Assembly: GCF_006345805.1 (NCBI RefSeq)
Contig: NC_042999.1
Location: 92,628,001-92,692,000, forward strand
From: Octopus sinensis
Taxonomy: Eukaryota
Length of the DNA: 64,000 nt
Direction of reading: 5' to 3'
Within the stretch, counting starts at the first letter, position 1; each line of letters starts with the position of its first letter. The position numbers and the translations under genes are program-made. Positions 26,974-42,439 of this stretch are shown in pieces. The notes under the pieces were generated by a model. The model did no database searches and was not told the DNA's origin. It was given only the letters and a program-made list of their open reading frames with translations.

Positions 26974-29900
26974 ATTTCAACATGTAATATTATCTGAACG
27001 CAAATGAAGGGTTGTAATTTACACGTAGATATGATGATTAAAATGGCATTCTTAAAACTGTAAATAACGCGCAATTAATAATATGCGGACAGGGCGTACT
27101 CCTAGAACATAGTGTATATAACAAAGTTGACGCCACGTATCACGACAGATCATACTCTTACAGCTACTATGATAGATTGCATTAACGGTAGCCTCTGCAC
27201 CAAGATGCTACGGACCATTAATAACTGATGTATGCGTTAGAAAATCATTCTTTTGAAATACCTTGCTACATTATTACTAGCGTAGTTAGGGGTGGGGGCG
27301 TAGTAGGAGCAGTCAACATCTGGCGGCACTTTTAAAGAGGCCCCACTTTTAGGTCTGCTGTAGGCAATATATGTTTTTTGTGGGGTCCGGGGGAGACAAG
27401 TGGAGGGTCCGTCCCGAGCGGCACACTTTCTAGCTACTTACGTGACAGACTATCTTTAGTATTATTAGTAGAAAACTCAATGGAGTGAAGTTTGCAGTGA
27501 TTATCAACATTGACTGTGTATGTAAATATTTGCAACTGAGTACTGAACCTAAATTTATCACTAAATTGTAGATTGGGAACACTAAATAAATGAAAAACTG
27601 TAAAAAAATAAAACTATAACAGTCAACCCATTGACAGAGCTATCGCCAGAAAGACTTGTAATTTGCCCTCTTTTTATAATTAGATACGAAAAATCAATCT
27701 AGGCCATGCTCCAGTAAATGATTTAACTTCGGCCGTACAAAATGTATCGTAATTATAAAGCACTTTCTGTAATTAGAAAAACAAAACTCTACCTACACTA
27801 TGTAGAACAACCCCAAAGGTATTTCAGTTGTGATTTTCCTGTGTTTTCTCAGGAATACCATATCCAAGAATGTACTTTATTTTTGTAATCCAATTGGAAC
27901 TTACATTCTTTTAGGAGAGGTAGATCTTACTCATAGGTTGTTTATGTCTACGAGCAGTTTTCCACTGTAGTTCATCAAACTCACTTTGTTTTTTTCTGTT
28001 TAGGCCTTTTCATCTTGATTCAAGGTTTTTTTTTCTAGTTGTGACCAACGCTCTATCAAATGCATCGATTATTTTTCCTAAAATAATTGGGTGTGAGTAA
28101 TATTTTCTCCTCCTTGAAGTAAACCAAGCAACTAAATCCGTATTTCCACTTTCAGTGAGTGCACTGCGTGTTGAAAGTTTAAATCGTTTGATAATACTGT
28201 TATAAGAATATCACTTGCACGTGTACAGGTATTTACAATTTTGGTGAATGATTTTATACGAAGAACGGATGTGTTTTGAAACTCTGTTACCGTTTCATAA
28301 ACCTCGCAGTATGTTTCCGCTGAAACGTGTCTCACGGGTTCGCCATAGATATATGCAATTTAAATATCACTACAGTGAATGAATAATGGTTTGTAATACA
28401 GACACAAAGCCAGCAATTTTGAAGGAAGGCGATTAGTCGATAATATCGATCCTAGTATTTGTTTGGTATTTTATTTTATTGTTGCCAGTACTTGGATAGT
28501 ACTTTATTTTATCAACCATTGAAAGTTGAAAAAAATTAGTTTATCGTCGCAGAAATTTATATTGAAATATAAAGATCCGGAACAAATACCTCCAGGCATT
28601 GTATCTGACACTCTCACGGTTTTGGCAGCTCATCACATTTTCAATGAATTAATAATGGGTTTTCACTAAAGCACAACGCTAAAAGTTTCTTCCCCAGAAG
28701 AGGAGAAAAGTTATATGAAGTCAGTATATGAAGCAGTGTTCTTATCATTACCTTATATATGCGATTATCGTGGTCGAACGGAGTACGATCAAAATAATTG
28801 CAGCCATAACTATCTTGTCTTTTCACAGATATTGTTAATTCAGAAATATATTCAATATATCATATCATTTTCAAAACACTAAAAAGAGTAGGTTTTTATG
28901 TCTACCATTGTAGCCATGTCATTGGCTCGATGTTTTGCTTACATTGTGCTTGTCCAATTCAGCCCTAATTAAGCAGATCTCGATCAAAATTTATTACAGA
29001 TACTACGAATCAAAGACAAAATTATTAAAAATAACTTATTTGTAAGAAGGCAGTGTATGATACGAGGTAGAATTTGGGTGCTATTTCTTGCAGATCATTG
29101 TCTCGGTATAGATATTCTTTGCCTTCAGACTCATGGCATGAAAGCACATCGACATTTCCAAGGTAATTATTGTCAGATACTGCACAAGACGGGATGCCAG
29201 TCCGGCACAGAGTTACCTACCATTTACCACTGGGACTTGTCAAATAAGTGTACTGGAGTAACATGAAATAAAGCGCCTTGCTGAAGCACAAAATGATGTG
29301 ACCGTTTTAAGTATCAAACCAAAGACCTAACAGTCGTGAGACCTAACAACTAGACCTTGAACATGATAAGATATATGAATGACGTATGTCGTAAACACAT
29401 ATGTCATACGTATTTAAAATATCAATTGGATATTTGTTTTAATCTCACTCAAACATCCATGCTACCTTGAGTATCTCCAAAGCATTCCATCTATGACCAC
29501 TCACTCAAGCTTAGGATATGCAGGATTACATTATTCGAGAAGTCACTCCCTTTTTTATTTATTTTATAGACTGGTGAGGTGTGATTTTTCATGCAAACTT
29601 ATGATCAAAATAGTTCCATTCATGATCTTCCTGCCTTTTTCCCAGGTGAAATGTATCCTGGACTACGCATTTTAATGTGCACGATATGTAAGAAGTTTTA
29701 GCTGCTGTTTCTAGCTGTTTGAAATAGGCTTTATATAAAGCGAGCAAATTTAATATAACCTCCATTAAACAAACAAATAAATAGAGAAATATATAAGTAA
29801 ATAAATCCACCAATAAACCACACACATAAACTTGCGCTATATTTTATAAAAGTTTCATATATAACATTTTAATAGCAGTTCGAAGCAGCCGAGTTATTTC

Positions 29901-31156
29901 CAAGTGAAGTTATCCAAATGGAACCAACCTATCCATTATGAAAATTAGAAAATGTTCAGTTGCTTTATACCAAAGTCTTTGGGTTATGTCACCATTCCCA
30001 GGGCGGCTCAGGAGTCTTTTGCCATTTTACGATATATTTTAAAAATGAAATGCATAATATGAAAATTGGAAAAGTAAAGTTCTATAAGAAGTTGTAGGAT
30101 AATTGGTGTTTAAATTTACATCAGATTACTGAAATAATATTGGTTTCAAGATCACCTCTCACATTCGATCTCTCTCTCTCTCACATACACATACACACAT
30201 ACGCACAGACACACACACACACACACACATATGTACGTATGTATGTATATGCTCTACAAGCACACGCTTACATATGTATGTATGTGTTTGCCTGTTGTTT
30301 ATGTCTTTATGTGTGTATGCATGTATACCAGAAAATACGTTCTTTTCTTTTACATTCGAGTAGAAGTATAAATGCACCTGGAGGCTTTACCTAACTGCCT
30401 TCAAAGTTTCATGATTTTCAAATGTAGTGTGAAATAAAAGGACTGGAGCTATGTCATATTTGTTTCGACTTTGACTAGTGTTTGAAATTTTGCTTTTGAG
30501 GGTTGTTACGGCTGAAATTGTAATGAGTTGCGGTGCAAATCTGTTAGTCGAAGCTGTTCGCAAGATCAGGGTGTCATGTGCCAGTATGTATAATAGTTGT
30601 GCCAAAAGTTAAGGACATAGTTGGCCAGTAAATGTGTCATGTGACAATGTGGACAACAATTGCGCATTATAGCCAATTATTAAGTCATGTGTAAGAACAA
30701 CCATTGCGTCAGATGCCAAGCTAGTGTTAATCGAATTAATATGCATTCTGACAGCATGAACATAATGTTGACAGAATATCGACAAATACAGAAAAAAAAA
30801 CTTACTTATTTGTACACCTGTTCGTCTACGTGGTTCTGTCTGAAAATGAGAATTACAAAACTGTGATATTCCTGTTCAATGTGTTGTTGTAGCTTATTCA
30901 GTTGTGGTCTGTACGTTTTAATAAACATATATGCAGCTATCTGTATTTGATCTATAGCTTTCTCAGAAGACTATGAATTTTTGGTAATTTGATTGCAGTA
31001 CGTAAGTTTAAAATTTCATTTTGCGGAGACTGTCTGGCATTAAGATTTCATATTTGCTGCCTAAGAATATCAATTCTGTTTCTCAAGTAGACGAACCAAC
31101 ACCGGTTGTTAAGTGATGGAAGACAAACAAGAACACTAAATGGTGCACGCGTGCGA

Positions 31157-31271
<115 letters not shown>

Positions 31272-31989
31272 AACAAACAAACACGCACACATGCTTACAA
31301 TGTTCTTCCACGCAGTTTTCGTCTATCACATTCACTCAGAAGCTATTAATCTGTTCGAAGCTATAATAGCAGAAGATGCTTGCTTAACGTAGTTGTACTG
31401 AACCAGGATCCAAGTGCAAAACAATGTTCTTAACGACACACTCACACTTCTGGCCATAATATAAATACTTAGATCCGGATTGGGCATACGCACAAACAAA
31501 ACACATAGGCACACACGTACATATAGATGCCCGTTTGTCTCTCATTTCGATAACTACATTTATCTCATCCAACTGTGAAATCCTACCGTCATAAGACTGT
31601 CACCATCGCTTTACCTGTATCCAGTCGTATGCGATTTCTACTTTGGGTCTCATTCAATGTTTCTATTATTTTACATTCCCTCGCAAATACAAATAGATAC
31701 ATATCCACACCACAATGCTGATACGAACAAATGACGTTATATAATCCGATCAGAGCACCTATATCAATGTATATGTAAAGTATGTATGAACACATACAAG
31801 TAGGTACTTTTGAATAACGATGGGAAGTCATAAGGATTGTTACGGATTGTGTTGTGTATATGTATTCAATCCACGTAAAAATGTTCGTAGGTATGCTTAT
31901 GCAGTTGTTCGCAATAGTGTGCGTATGCATGCATGTGTGGGAATCAATAAATTCCTCTTCATCCAATCGTTTCATTTATCTACATAAAT

Positions 31990-32630
31990 TTATAACCATG
32001 GGCTGCGAATTACAACAGTGGACATTACCAAAGGATATAATCTATGGTCTTGGAAATATGAGTGGCGGTTGACAACAATATGGTTGATGTCTTCAGTCTT
32101 TGTATTACATAGCCTACATCTGTTGTCTGTTAACGTTTTCTGCCTCTTATGCTGTAGGTACTTGGAGGGGGGGGGGAGATCTCATGTTCTTGAATTGCAT
32201 GGAAGTAACCTTTAAAGTTGGATGTCGTAAACCAATCGGTATTCAATGCCAACCTTTTGACATGATTAATCTCATCTATGTTTTGAGTTCTTCATGCCCA
32301 GTACCCATCTACCAACTGGTCCATTTTCTGATTTTGATGTTTTGATCAAATAGATTTTACCAATGCTTGTCGGGGAGAGATCAGTATCAGCTCTTATCAC
32401 ATACTTCGTTAGCTATTTTCATTATGCAATTCACTACATTGTCACAAACTCAGGCAGATACTTACTGGTCGCTTCCCTCTGCTGCAGATGGTGTTTCAGT
32501 GTCACAATCCGTGCTTCATTTCACACGAATACAAAAATACAGATTTATTACCATGAATACCATCCTTGTGTGGGAAGTAATGCCCGACTATATCTCTACT
32601 GATGTTGATGTCACCTGTAACACAAAATGA
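31990..32630 (-). mobile_element. Second fragment of the RLE LINE family seen at 5850-7570
   Basis: 32120-32400 aligns by eye with 6455-6740 (shared antisense ORF text LSVNVFCLLC..FLNCMEVTFKVG). Confidence 0.75.
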
Positions 32631-32673
32631 AGCACCTGTAACACAAAACAGCTTGCGAGTTCAAACAAGTATG

Positions 32674-32707
<34 letters not shown>

Positions 32708-33434
32708 TGTGTGTATGTATGTATGTATGTATGTATGTATGCGTGTGTGAGTGCGTGCGTGTGTGAGTGCGTATGTCTGTGTGAGTGTGTGTGTGAGTAT
32801 GAGTGTGGGTGTGTGGAGAAAGGCACTCTCCCTTTCTAAAGGGGTACTAAAGCTTCCAATTCCCCCAAAATATATCTTTATTCTACTATTATGACGTATT
32901 TAAGTGGTTGTAGTATACAGTAAATCAAATAACATGTCTAGCTCTCTTTGTATTCGATCATCAATACAAAATATACATACATATGTGCATATATACTTTC
33001 AAATATATATATGTGTGTGTGTGAGTGTGCATATGAATACAGCATGTGTTTATACGTACGTGAGTGCGCACGTTTGTGAGCAAGGGAAAATGTGTGTGGG
33101 AATGTTTGTGTGTTTGCTAGTGTATACGTGTGTGTGTGTGTGTGTGTGTGATGGTGAATTTATGTGATGTGTGTGTATGATTCTGTGACTGTCTATGTAC
33201 AGGCGCACGCGTGTGTAACAAAATTGTAAAAACCAATATTATTTCATGAAGCTGAAATAACTTTAACTCATTTTATTGAAATTTACTTTTCTAATTTTCA
33301 TATCACTCATTTGATTATACGTACACACACACACACACACACACGTATACACAAACACACACACATACACTCATACAGACATACACATACATATCTACAT
33401 ACATACATACACACATACATATATATGTGTGTAT

Positions 33435-33481
<47 letters not shown>

Positions 33482-33484
33482 TAT

Positions 33485-33556
<72 letters not shown>

Positions 33557-33769
33557 GAGTACACACATGATATAGACATGCACTTGCAACGACATATTGA
33601 AGCTGCATTATGTTGACTAATGTGTTATGGTTCTAAGCTACTTGCGGAATGTTCCACTTGTTCGTGTTAATGTTAGGCGCGCTGAAGCGAATTGTGTTAT
33701 TTTGGCGTATAGGTGAAGAACAATGCCTACATTTAAAAGCAATTTATCCTGTTGCAGCAAAATGCTGCT

Positions 33770-34004
<235 letters not shown>

Positions 34005-34658
34005 ACACTACAGCTACTCTGGCAGTATTAAATTAAAGTAGCCATCTACATATATTTTCTTAATGTAATATATATTTTTGAAAAGCAAGTTCCAACGGTT
34101 TTCTTCAGAGAAAATATTTTGTAGGGACGTATTGTTTAAAAACACAATGTGTATCGTGTGTGTGAGGTTAGACGAAGAATCTTCCTGACAGCGGCTATCA
34201 AAGGCGATAAATCTCTTCTAAGCATGTAGCTGACTGCGAGTTCACGTTATTGATAATGCCTACAAGATCATCGAAATGCATTGAGCGTTTTGCTAGCCGC
34301 ACCTGGGATTAATTTTTTTTCAGTGCAACATATCCATATGAGATTCAATGTACAGTAGCTGGTCTGTCAGCAGAGTATATACATTGAAGATGATACATAT
34401 ATGCTTATCTTAATTCAATACTGCTTCAATTGCGTAGACTAGATTAATGAATGAGTATTTTGTCAAGATGTTTAATTTGTAACGAAGGTGAGCAAGTTGA
34501 ATTATTGAAAAGAAACTAATGGCTTAAATGAAGTTATATGTATCCAAAGACAATAAATCTTTTCTTAGACAACAGTAAGAACCAACTGGTTTATTTTTCT
34601 CAAGTGCATGATGCATATCCAATCATCAAACCTAAATATTTAAAAACTATATTTAACG

Positions 34659-34822
34659 AGGCGCAGGTGTGGCTGTGTGGTAAGTAGCTTGCTAACCAAC
34701 CACATGGTTCCGGGTTCAGTCCCACTGCGTGGCATCTTGGGCAAGTGTCTTCTGCTATAGCCCCGGGCCGACCAATGCCTTGTGAGTGAATTTGGTAGAC
34801 GGAGACTGAAAGAAGCCTGTCG

Positions 34823-34892
<70 letters not shown>

Positions 34893-35109
34893 GTGTGTCT
34901 GTGTTTGTCCCCCTAGCATAGCTTGACAACCGATGCTGGTGTATTTACGTCCCCGTCACCTAGCGATTCGGCAAAAGAGACCGATAGAATAAGTACTGGG
35001 CTTACAAAGAATAAGTCCCGGGGTCGATTTTCTCGACCAAAGGCGGTGCTCCAGCATGGCCGCAGTCAAATGACTGAAACAAGTAAAAAAAAAAAACAAA
35101 AAAAAAAAA
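34659..35109 (+). mobile_element. Full-length family A tRNA-derived SINE with LINE-like 3' tail and poly(A)
   Basis: A/B boxes, CTTGGGCAAGTG core, internal (TA)n(TG)n, tail GGCGGTGCTCCAGCATGGCCGCAGTCAAATGACTGAAAC + A-run. Confidence 0.9.
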
Positions 35110-37992
35110 CAGGATGATACCTCTTGAGTCGACCAAAGATGGGGAAATCTAAAATGTACTATCCAGTTTATTTCTAATTATGTTGGGATTTATTCTTATA
35201 ACTCGGTTGTAGAAAACTAAATAGTACTTCTTTATGAATACTGTCATTTCAAAGTCTTTTACACTTTTACTATTATTTGCTATTCGCAATTTGTCGAAAG
35301 TACTTGTAGCCATAAATAGCAAAACCAAGTTTGTATAGTTTTTTTTTTTTCCCCCGTGATTCTGTCCATAAACACGACTAACAATATACGCCTTAGAAAT
35401 CTAAGTCAAAGTGCAGTAGAGGTGAGATATTTATTTTAGTTGAGAAATATATTTTAGTTGAAACACGGAAAGATATATTTACGTGAAACTAAAAATTCAA
35501 TGGTTTAACGAGAGCAGTAAATGTTTCGGCTTTGCACTGAATTTCCGGTAAAAGTCCATAAAGAAACTATGAAAATGAATTTAATTGAAACTACAACGAA
35601 TATAATCTAAAGTTATTCTATGTGGCAAAGAAATAAACTATACTGTGGAAGGAGAGTGATTCCAGTTATACGTTACCAAACAATGCCCTGTAAATTATTC
35701 ATACAATTATGACTGAAATTTTCTTTTGCTTTCGCAGTCATATTAAAATTTCTTCATAAAAATGGGTGTACGTATATTGGAAGCTTCATATACATGCATA
35801 CACACAAACACACACACACATATATATATATATGCACGCATGTATATACACATACATATATATATGCATATATATATATATATATATATATATTAAGGTA
35901 TGTATATATATATATATATATATGTGTATATATACATATATATATACATATATACTCACACACAAATATATGGATATATATAATGTATGTATCCATGTAT
36001 GCATACATATGTATTTATGTATTATGTATGTACATACATATGTATTTATGTATTATGCATGTACGTACGTATGTATCTATATGTGTATGTATTTGTATGT
36101 ATGCAGATACATAAATCTATACGTGTGTGTATATCTACATCTGTACATAATCTCTTTCTCTTTCTTTTTCTCTCTCCTTCTTTCGTTCTCTGTGCGTGTG
36201 TGTCTCTGTCTCTTTGTCTCTCTCTCTGTCTCTGTCTCTATTCATGTATAGACAAATAGAGTGTGTGAGAAAGAGAAAGAAAAAGAAAAAGCGACAGAAG
36301 GAGAAAGAAGGAAGAGAGAGAGAGAGAGCGAGAGAGAGAGAGAGAGAGAAGGGGAAAGGTAGTTTGTAGTGCACTCTATTTACTATATTGATTGAAGAAA
36401 AATGGTTTACGAAATTTTATGTTGCCAAGAAACTACCAGAATTAGATATATTATGAATTTATATGATTTGTATATGCATAGCCACAGTGTGAGAAAAAGA
36501 GAGAATGAGAGTGTATGCCTACCCGCTATACGTACATATAGAGTTGCATGTTGTCATGTAACGGGATTAAAGAAATAGATATAGGATTGCAATTATATTA
36601 TTGTATATATTCTTGTTAAAGTCAACTACGTTTTCGTTAAGGTTTCTTGCTGAATAGGTACTTTCTAGATGGCATATTGATAAAGAATTTTGTTGAAATT
36701 CCACTATATTTTGGAACGTAAACATTCTCCATTTCACCATCCATCATCACGTTATCCATCATCTCATGCATTAGACCATACTCTTGCTCTTGAAAGTAAA
36801 TCATCTATTAATTAAAGTTCTTGTGCATTATATCTGCTTTGATAGATAAATTTAAGTGGCACACTATTAAAAGATTTTTCCTTCAATTTTAATCTAAACA
36901 GTTTTTTTTCTATATACTAGTATACTAGAAAAGAACTTCTACACAGACGTCAATGAATTTACCATACAACGACGTAAAACTAGCTCTTTTGCAACTAGTA
37001 AATAAAAATCTAAATGATTTGAACCTGCACTCGACATCTCGCGTAATTTCTTTGCAAAATGATTTCTGTCGAACTCCCCAAACTAATTACTACCACACAC
37101 TAAGAAGCTGGATCCATTTTTGTGCACTTCATTGTTGATTTTTCCTATTTTCAGATTTCCAAATACATCTTCAGTGACATATTTTGGTCTTGCGCTCCTT
37201 CTTGCGGAACATTTTGGTTTCGAGATCACTCACGTGAAAAAAAAATATTTCTGGTGTGAAGAAGAGTAATTTTGAATTCTCTGGTTGAATAGAGAGAGAT
37301 CGATATTCTTGATGCCTCTGCAAACGCTAAATTTTGGTTCAACTCCTGAGTAAAAAGTATCAATTTGACAATGTTACTGTAAGAACTTTTCTAATTAATT
37401 ATTAAACCAAGCATTTTCATTACGTTTTATTTGTTTGTTTTTCGTTTTTGTTTCTGTCTAAGGCAGGGGAAAAGTACCACCCATACACGCGTACCATAAG
37501 TGACACGTTCTTAATTGTATTAGAAAGATGGCTGGATCTGTCTCAGAAGGGTTATTTATAGATGTGACAAATTTCACTGAAATTTCTATTATTTATGTCT
37601 ATGTATTTTCGACAATCATTTTAAATAGAGCTTTGAAATATGTCTTCATATATATATATTTCCCCAGTAATGGATTACTTCTTATAATTTTTGACAAGAT
37701 AATATATTATTTTTGGCAAGATAGTAAAAAAGATCTTTTAATATTTAAATATACTTACATGGTTCATTGACGATTTTGTTCTCTGAGTTGTTTTCCCTTT
37801 TGCTTCGGAATGAATATTTCATCAATATAGATGATTTCTCAAACGTTACAATACCTGTCATCGATGTAGATTTACTTTTATTTTTCTTTACATTTTATAG
37901 GAATTATTGAGTTTTGAAGAAAAGTTATATTTCCAGTGTCACTCTGGTTTACTGTTGTCAGTTTGATATTTTGTCCTGCTGTTGGGACACGA

Positions 37993-38335
37993 AGGCGCAC
38001 GACTCTGTGGTTAGAGCGTCGGGCTCACAATCATGCGGTAGTGAGTTTGATTCTCGGATCGGGATATGTGTTGTGTTCTTCAGCAAGACACTTTATTTAA
38101 CGTTGCTCCAGTTCACTCAACTGTAGAAATGAGTTTCGAGGTCACTGGTGCCAAGCTGTATCGATCTTTGCCGTTCCCTTGGGCAACATCACTGGTGTGG
38201 AGAGGGGAGACTGGAATGCATGTATGACTACTGGTCTTTCGTAAAGTAACCTTACTCGGACTTGTACGTCGGAAGAGGAACTTCCTAGGTGCAATCCTAT
38301 GGTCATTCATGACCAATGGCGGATCTATCACCTTC
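37993..38335 (+). mobile_element. tRNA-derived SINE family C
   Basis: tRNA-like head TGTGGTTAGAGCG...GTGAGTTTGATTCTC followed by GTTGTGTTCTTCAGCAAGACACTT; a degenerate minus-strand relative lies at about 29235-29360. Confidence 0.7.
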
Positions 38336-39495
38336 ACCCCTTAGGGGTAAATGTAATAGATTCGCCATCTATAAATTCGTAAAGGTAATAGATTATTTTG
38401 TTTGTAGTTTTCGGAATTTGATAGTCATTCATGGGAGATTAGGACATTCATCCATCTTGGTGAGACATTCAGCGCTTGTTTCTTTTTCGTTCAATAAATT
38501 AAAACATTGATACTCTATTGTATCTAAGCGTTTTACAGTTTGTATTGTCTAATATTTGTGTTATGTAATTGGATTTAATTCTCTCCAAAACTACTTGTAT
38601 TTAGCATTCTGGCCCGTGGTGAGTCACCCGCCATCCATGCATCTTCTTTTGTTTTTTAACACTATTACTTTTTACCCATAAAAAACCATTCTTGGTAAAA
38701 GTGCTTGGATTTGAAACAACTCTTTTCTTTCAAGGCAATATTGGTTTCTCAACAACTATTGCTCTTTTTTTATATTTTTATTTATTGAATTTTGGATTTA
38801 TATCATAGTCATCTCTTTTTCTTTTTATTTAATTTTCTTTTTGTTGATCCCATTAAGTATTACGCTAGCTTGTAGTTAGTAAAATGTTCCATAAAAAGTG
38901 AGCAAAAGTAAATAGCTGACAAATTAAATTCCACAGCTACAGAAACATAATGATGTTTTAGCAACTACAATATCAATTTCAACAATCTAGACAATATCGT
39001 TAACAACCACATCAATAGCACACACGTTTTGTCAAGCGAAAAGTATCTTGTTTTAATGAAATAAAGGTAAATTTTGAGCAACACATTTACGACTAGCACA
39101 AATTCTAGACATAAAGTTCCTAGAAATAAGGGGATGGTGGACATGGTTTACCTAGCAGCAAGCAATCCTTGTGGTAGATATCTGTACGGAGGAAAATACA
39201 ACGCTGCCTGGGAGAGAACGAAGGAATATTGTATATATATATATATATATGCTTCGTTATAATCACATCGGTTATAAGTAAACTCCTAAATCGTCAACTG
39301 GAGGAGTTGGGGGCCGACGTGTAGAGCAATATATTCTCCCTCAAATGACGTAAGTCTTATATGACCGTTTGCCTGGTTTTCGAAACTGGAGAGAGTGTTA
39401 AGAAGCAAGAAGAGTTCTTGCTGAATTATGGAACTCAACACGAAGGTAAATATGAATGAGTGTGGTAATAAAGCTGAATCTTGGCTAAATGATAC

Positions 39496-39960
39496 GATAT
39501 TTAATCAGGAAACGTCTGCATGTCTCTCATTGTGAGTGTGGAATAGCATCAAGAATCGACATACAAGTTGGAGGGAGGGTCAATCATTACACTTGTGAAA
39601 TTGAGGCTTTTTTTCTTCCACTTGGAAGAAATCGGCAAAACTGAAACAACGAGAAAAAGAAGAAAAGAAAAGAAGCTCTCAACGCCCCTGTTCTCAAAAT
39701 AATATAGTCAACGTTCCACAAATAGTGGAAAAGATTCTCAGTGAGATCATTCTTAGAATCTGATGATCATGTGCCCTTTCCTAAACATTACTATTTGCAC
39801 CCCTATCTAAAGGACAATGAAAAAGGATATTTAATCCGGAAACGTTTGCATGTCTCTCGTTGTGAGTGTGGAATAGCATCAAGAATCGACGTACATGCTG
39901 GAGGAACACTTGTGAAATTGAGGCTTAATTGAGGACTTTCCACTTGCAAGAAATTGGCAA
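39496..39960. repeat. Imperfect direct repeat of about 130-140 bp, offset 330 bp
   Basis: GATATTTAATC.GGAAACGT.TGCATGTCTCTC.TTGTGAGTGTGGAATAGCATCAAGAATCGAC at 39496 and 39826. Confidence 0.85.
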
Positions 39961-40299
39961 ATACATGGAAAAGATATAGGGTCCGTATAATGGAATGCTC
40001 TGATAAAATCCGAGTGTTAGCTGCTAATCCTGACGCGGATTGTTTGGTCTTATTCATTTCTTGTGCTTTTAAATTATCTCTTTTCAAATTATATTACTTC
40101 TTAATATATATTCATTTAATTTATTTTGTGTAAATTAATGTAAAGCATATAATACACTTTAGTATATAGTAAAATGTCTTTCCTCTTTTATAAAACATTG
40201 TATATACCCTCATATTTTTGAAATACAGTTATATTGCCGTTTATGTTGTCTGTGAGAATGACCGCGGGTGGTAAAAGAGGAAGTAGTTAATATTATCAT

Positions 40300-40413
<114 letters not shown>

Positions 40414-42439
40414 AACAACAAATTTTTATGTCTTCGGATCGGTTAAAGAAGTCTTTCATGTTTTGTATTCCATAAATCCACAATTCACTTTTCAGTAGCT
40501 ATATGTCTCTTAGTTTTTATTCCACAGTTCTTCAACGCTTTATGTGAGTTGAGATTAATTTCACTCTCGGATAACTCTTATCAGTTTTGATAAGGCATCA
40601 ATAACTATTTGTTTCTTCTTTTTTTTGTTTCAGCACAATGCACAATGCCATAGATTTGGAAAGAAAGAATATACGTTATTGAAATGCTATCGATCCAGCA
40701 GAAATAAAGGCAACTATCAACTCTGCAGGCATTTGAACTGAGAACATAACCGGACATAAGTAAAAAATCAAAAGCTACAAGTCTTTTGGGGAAACTGTAT
40801 GAGGTCATACGGTTTACTAGAAATAGTAACCAAATCTACTATTAATCACAACTTGTTTTTTAAAAAGAAACGACACATTTGATGAAGTATTTGTGGATAT
40901 ATTTTGTCTGGGACAAACCAATAGCTACACCGTTAAAAGTTATCTTGTGAAGAACATTACTATTTCTGACTTTCACCATGGAGTAATGACTCAATGGTTA
41001 GTTCTTAACTCAATTCATAGTAACAAATGTATATGTTTGTAGATAGAACAGTCATCTGAATCGATTCTTTTATATTATTTCTTCTTATATTCTCACTGAT
41101 GTTTTTGAAGAAATCTTATTGATATAATATTTGTAGTAGGATCCTTTTCTTTATCTGCTTTGAACCCGTATTTTTATATATTAAAATCTAAGTGTATCTC
41201 TTTACTACTCATACTTTCTTTTGTATCGTGTTTTTGATATCTATGTACCACCATGCACTATATGACGGACTCTACCCACTGGTTCCACACAAAGCTGTCT
41301 CTACGTTTTCCCAGAATTTATCGACCATTACGTGTTGTTTGTTCTATTCATTCCCTCTTTTACTTTCTAGCTTTTTCATTCTCGATGATAGATTTCCAGT
41401 ACATGATATTTAATTGTTAATTCTAATCCTCATAATTTTTGTATTTGTCTTAGTAGAATTATGAAACATGATTATTTGTAGGACTCCATGACTGTTGGGT
41501 AAATCTGTAAGGAATCATTTGACCAAGATATCGATTTATTTATTTCGGACTCGTGATCTGGTGGGAATGATCGCGGCACAATGAAATCTGCTAAAAACAC
41601 TCGTAGGCTAATGGTACTCTCCCACTTAGAGATTATTCAACCTTTTCCTAGCTGTGGATATAACTTACCACACCTATCCTTTAATTGATTTGGGTTAATA
41701 TGTTACAATGCCTTCTGGATTTTCTCTTTTTTAGTAACAATATAGACAGCAATTTTTACAGTTACAATGAATTATTTAATGTGAAAATTTTCCTATACTG
41801 TTTTTAGTTACAATCGAATAAGTCCCAAATACTGACTCGAAGTTTCATGAAACATGTAGTATCATATCACATGGTTGATTCGGTAGATTTTAGCCCTTAC
41901 TTTCAAACTTGTGGCCATGTGGCAATGTTAAAAGTTATCATTATTAACAATCACTTATTCAGCTCTTAAACAATGTACAATCTCAACTGACCACTTCATC
42001 ATTATGTCGTATATTTTCTTTCCTCTCCGTATTTTCACAAGTATTAAAAAGTGAGACTCGCATATACCCTTGCTATGGCCTCTTTTTTTATTGTTCTCTC
42101 CACCACTCTTATCTCTCTTATTTCAAGCATATTCTACTCATCTATATCACAATATCTTTGATTTAGTTATCTTACATTTTGCCAAATAACACAGTTATCT
42201 TTCGTCTTTGAAGTGTAGTTTAAGGTCATCTAAGGACATTTACTGTTCTACAGCTTCCAAGTTTAGAGAGATGATAATCCCCCTCCTCCTTAATATAATC
42301 AAGTAATCTCATTTGATATTAAGTTGAAGACACTGTATTTATCTCAATAAATTTTATCCAGTTATGGATAACAATAATTTTCATATTTCCATAATAGAAT
42401 AAATAGGAATCATGTAATATATTTCAATTGCCGTCTTGC

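Noticed and set aside
28322-28331. GAAACGTGTC half-core
   Set aside because: No CUGANGA or stem II upstream.
36637-36804. Met-rich 55-aa minus-strand ORF (MIYFQEQEYGLMHEMMDNVMMDGEMEN...) as a reflectin-like exon
   Set aside because: Lacks the reflectin M/FD(X)5MD(X)5MD motif and Tyr/Arg richness; an adjacent frame reads IDDLL, so it may be a decayed RT.
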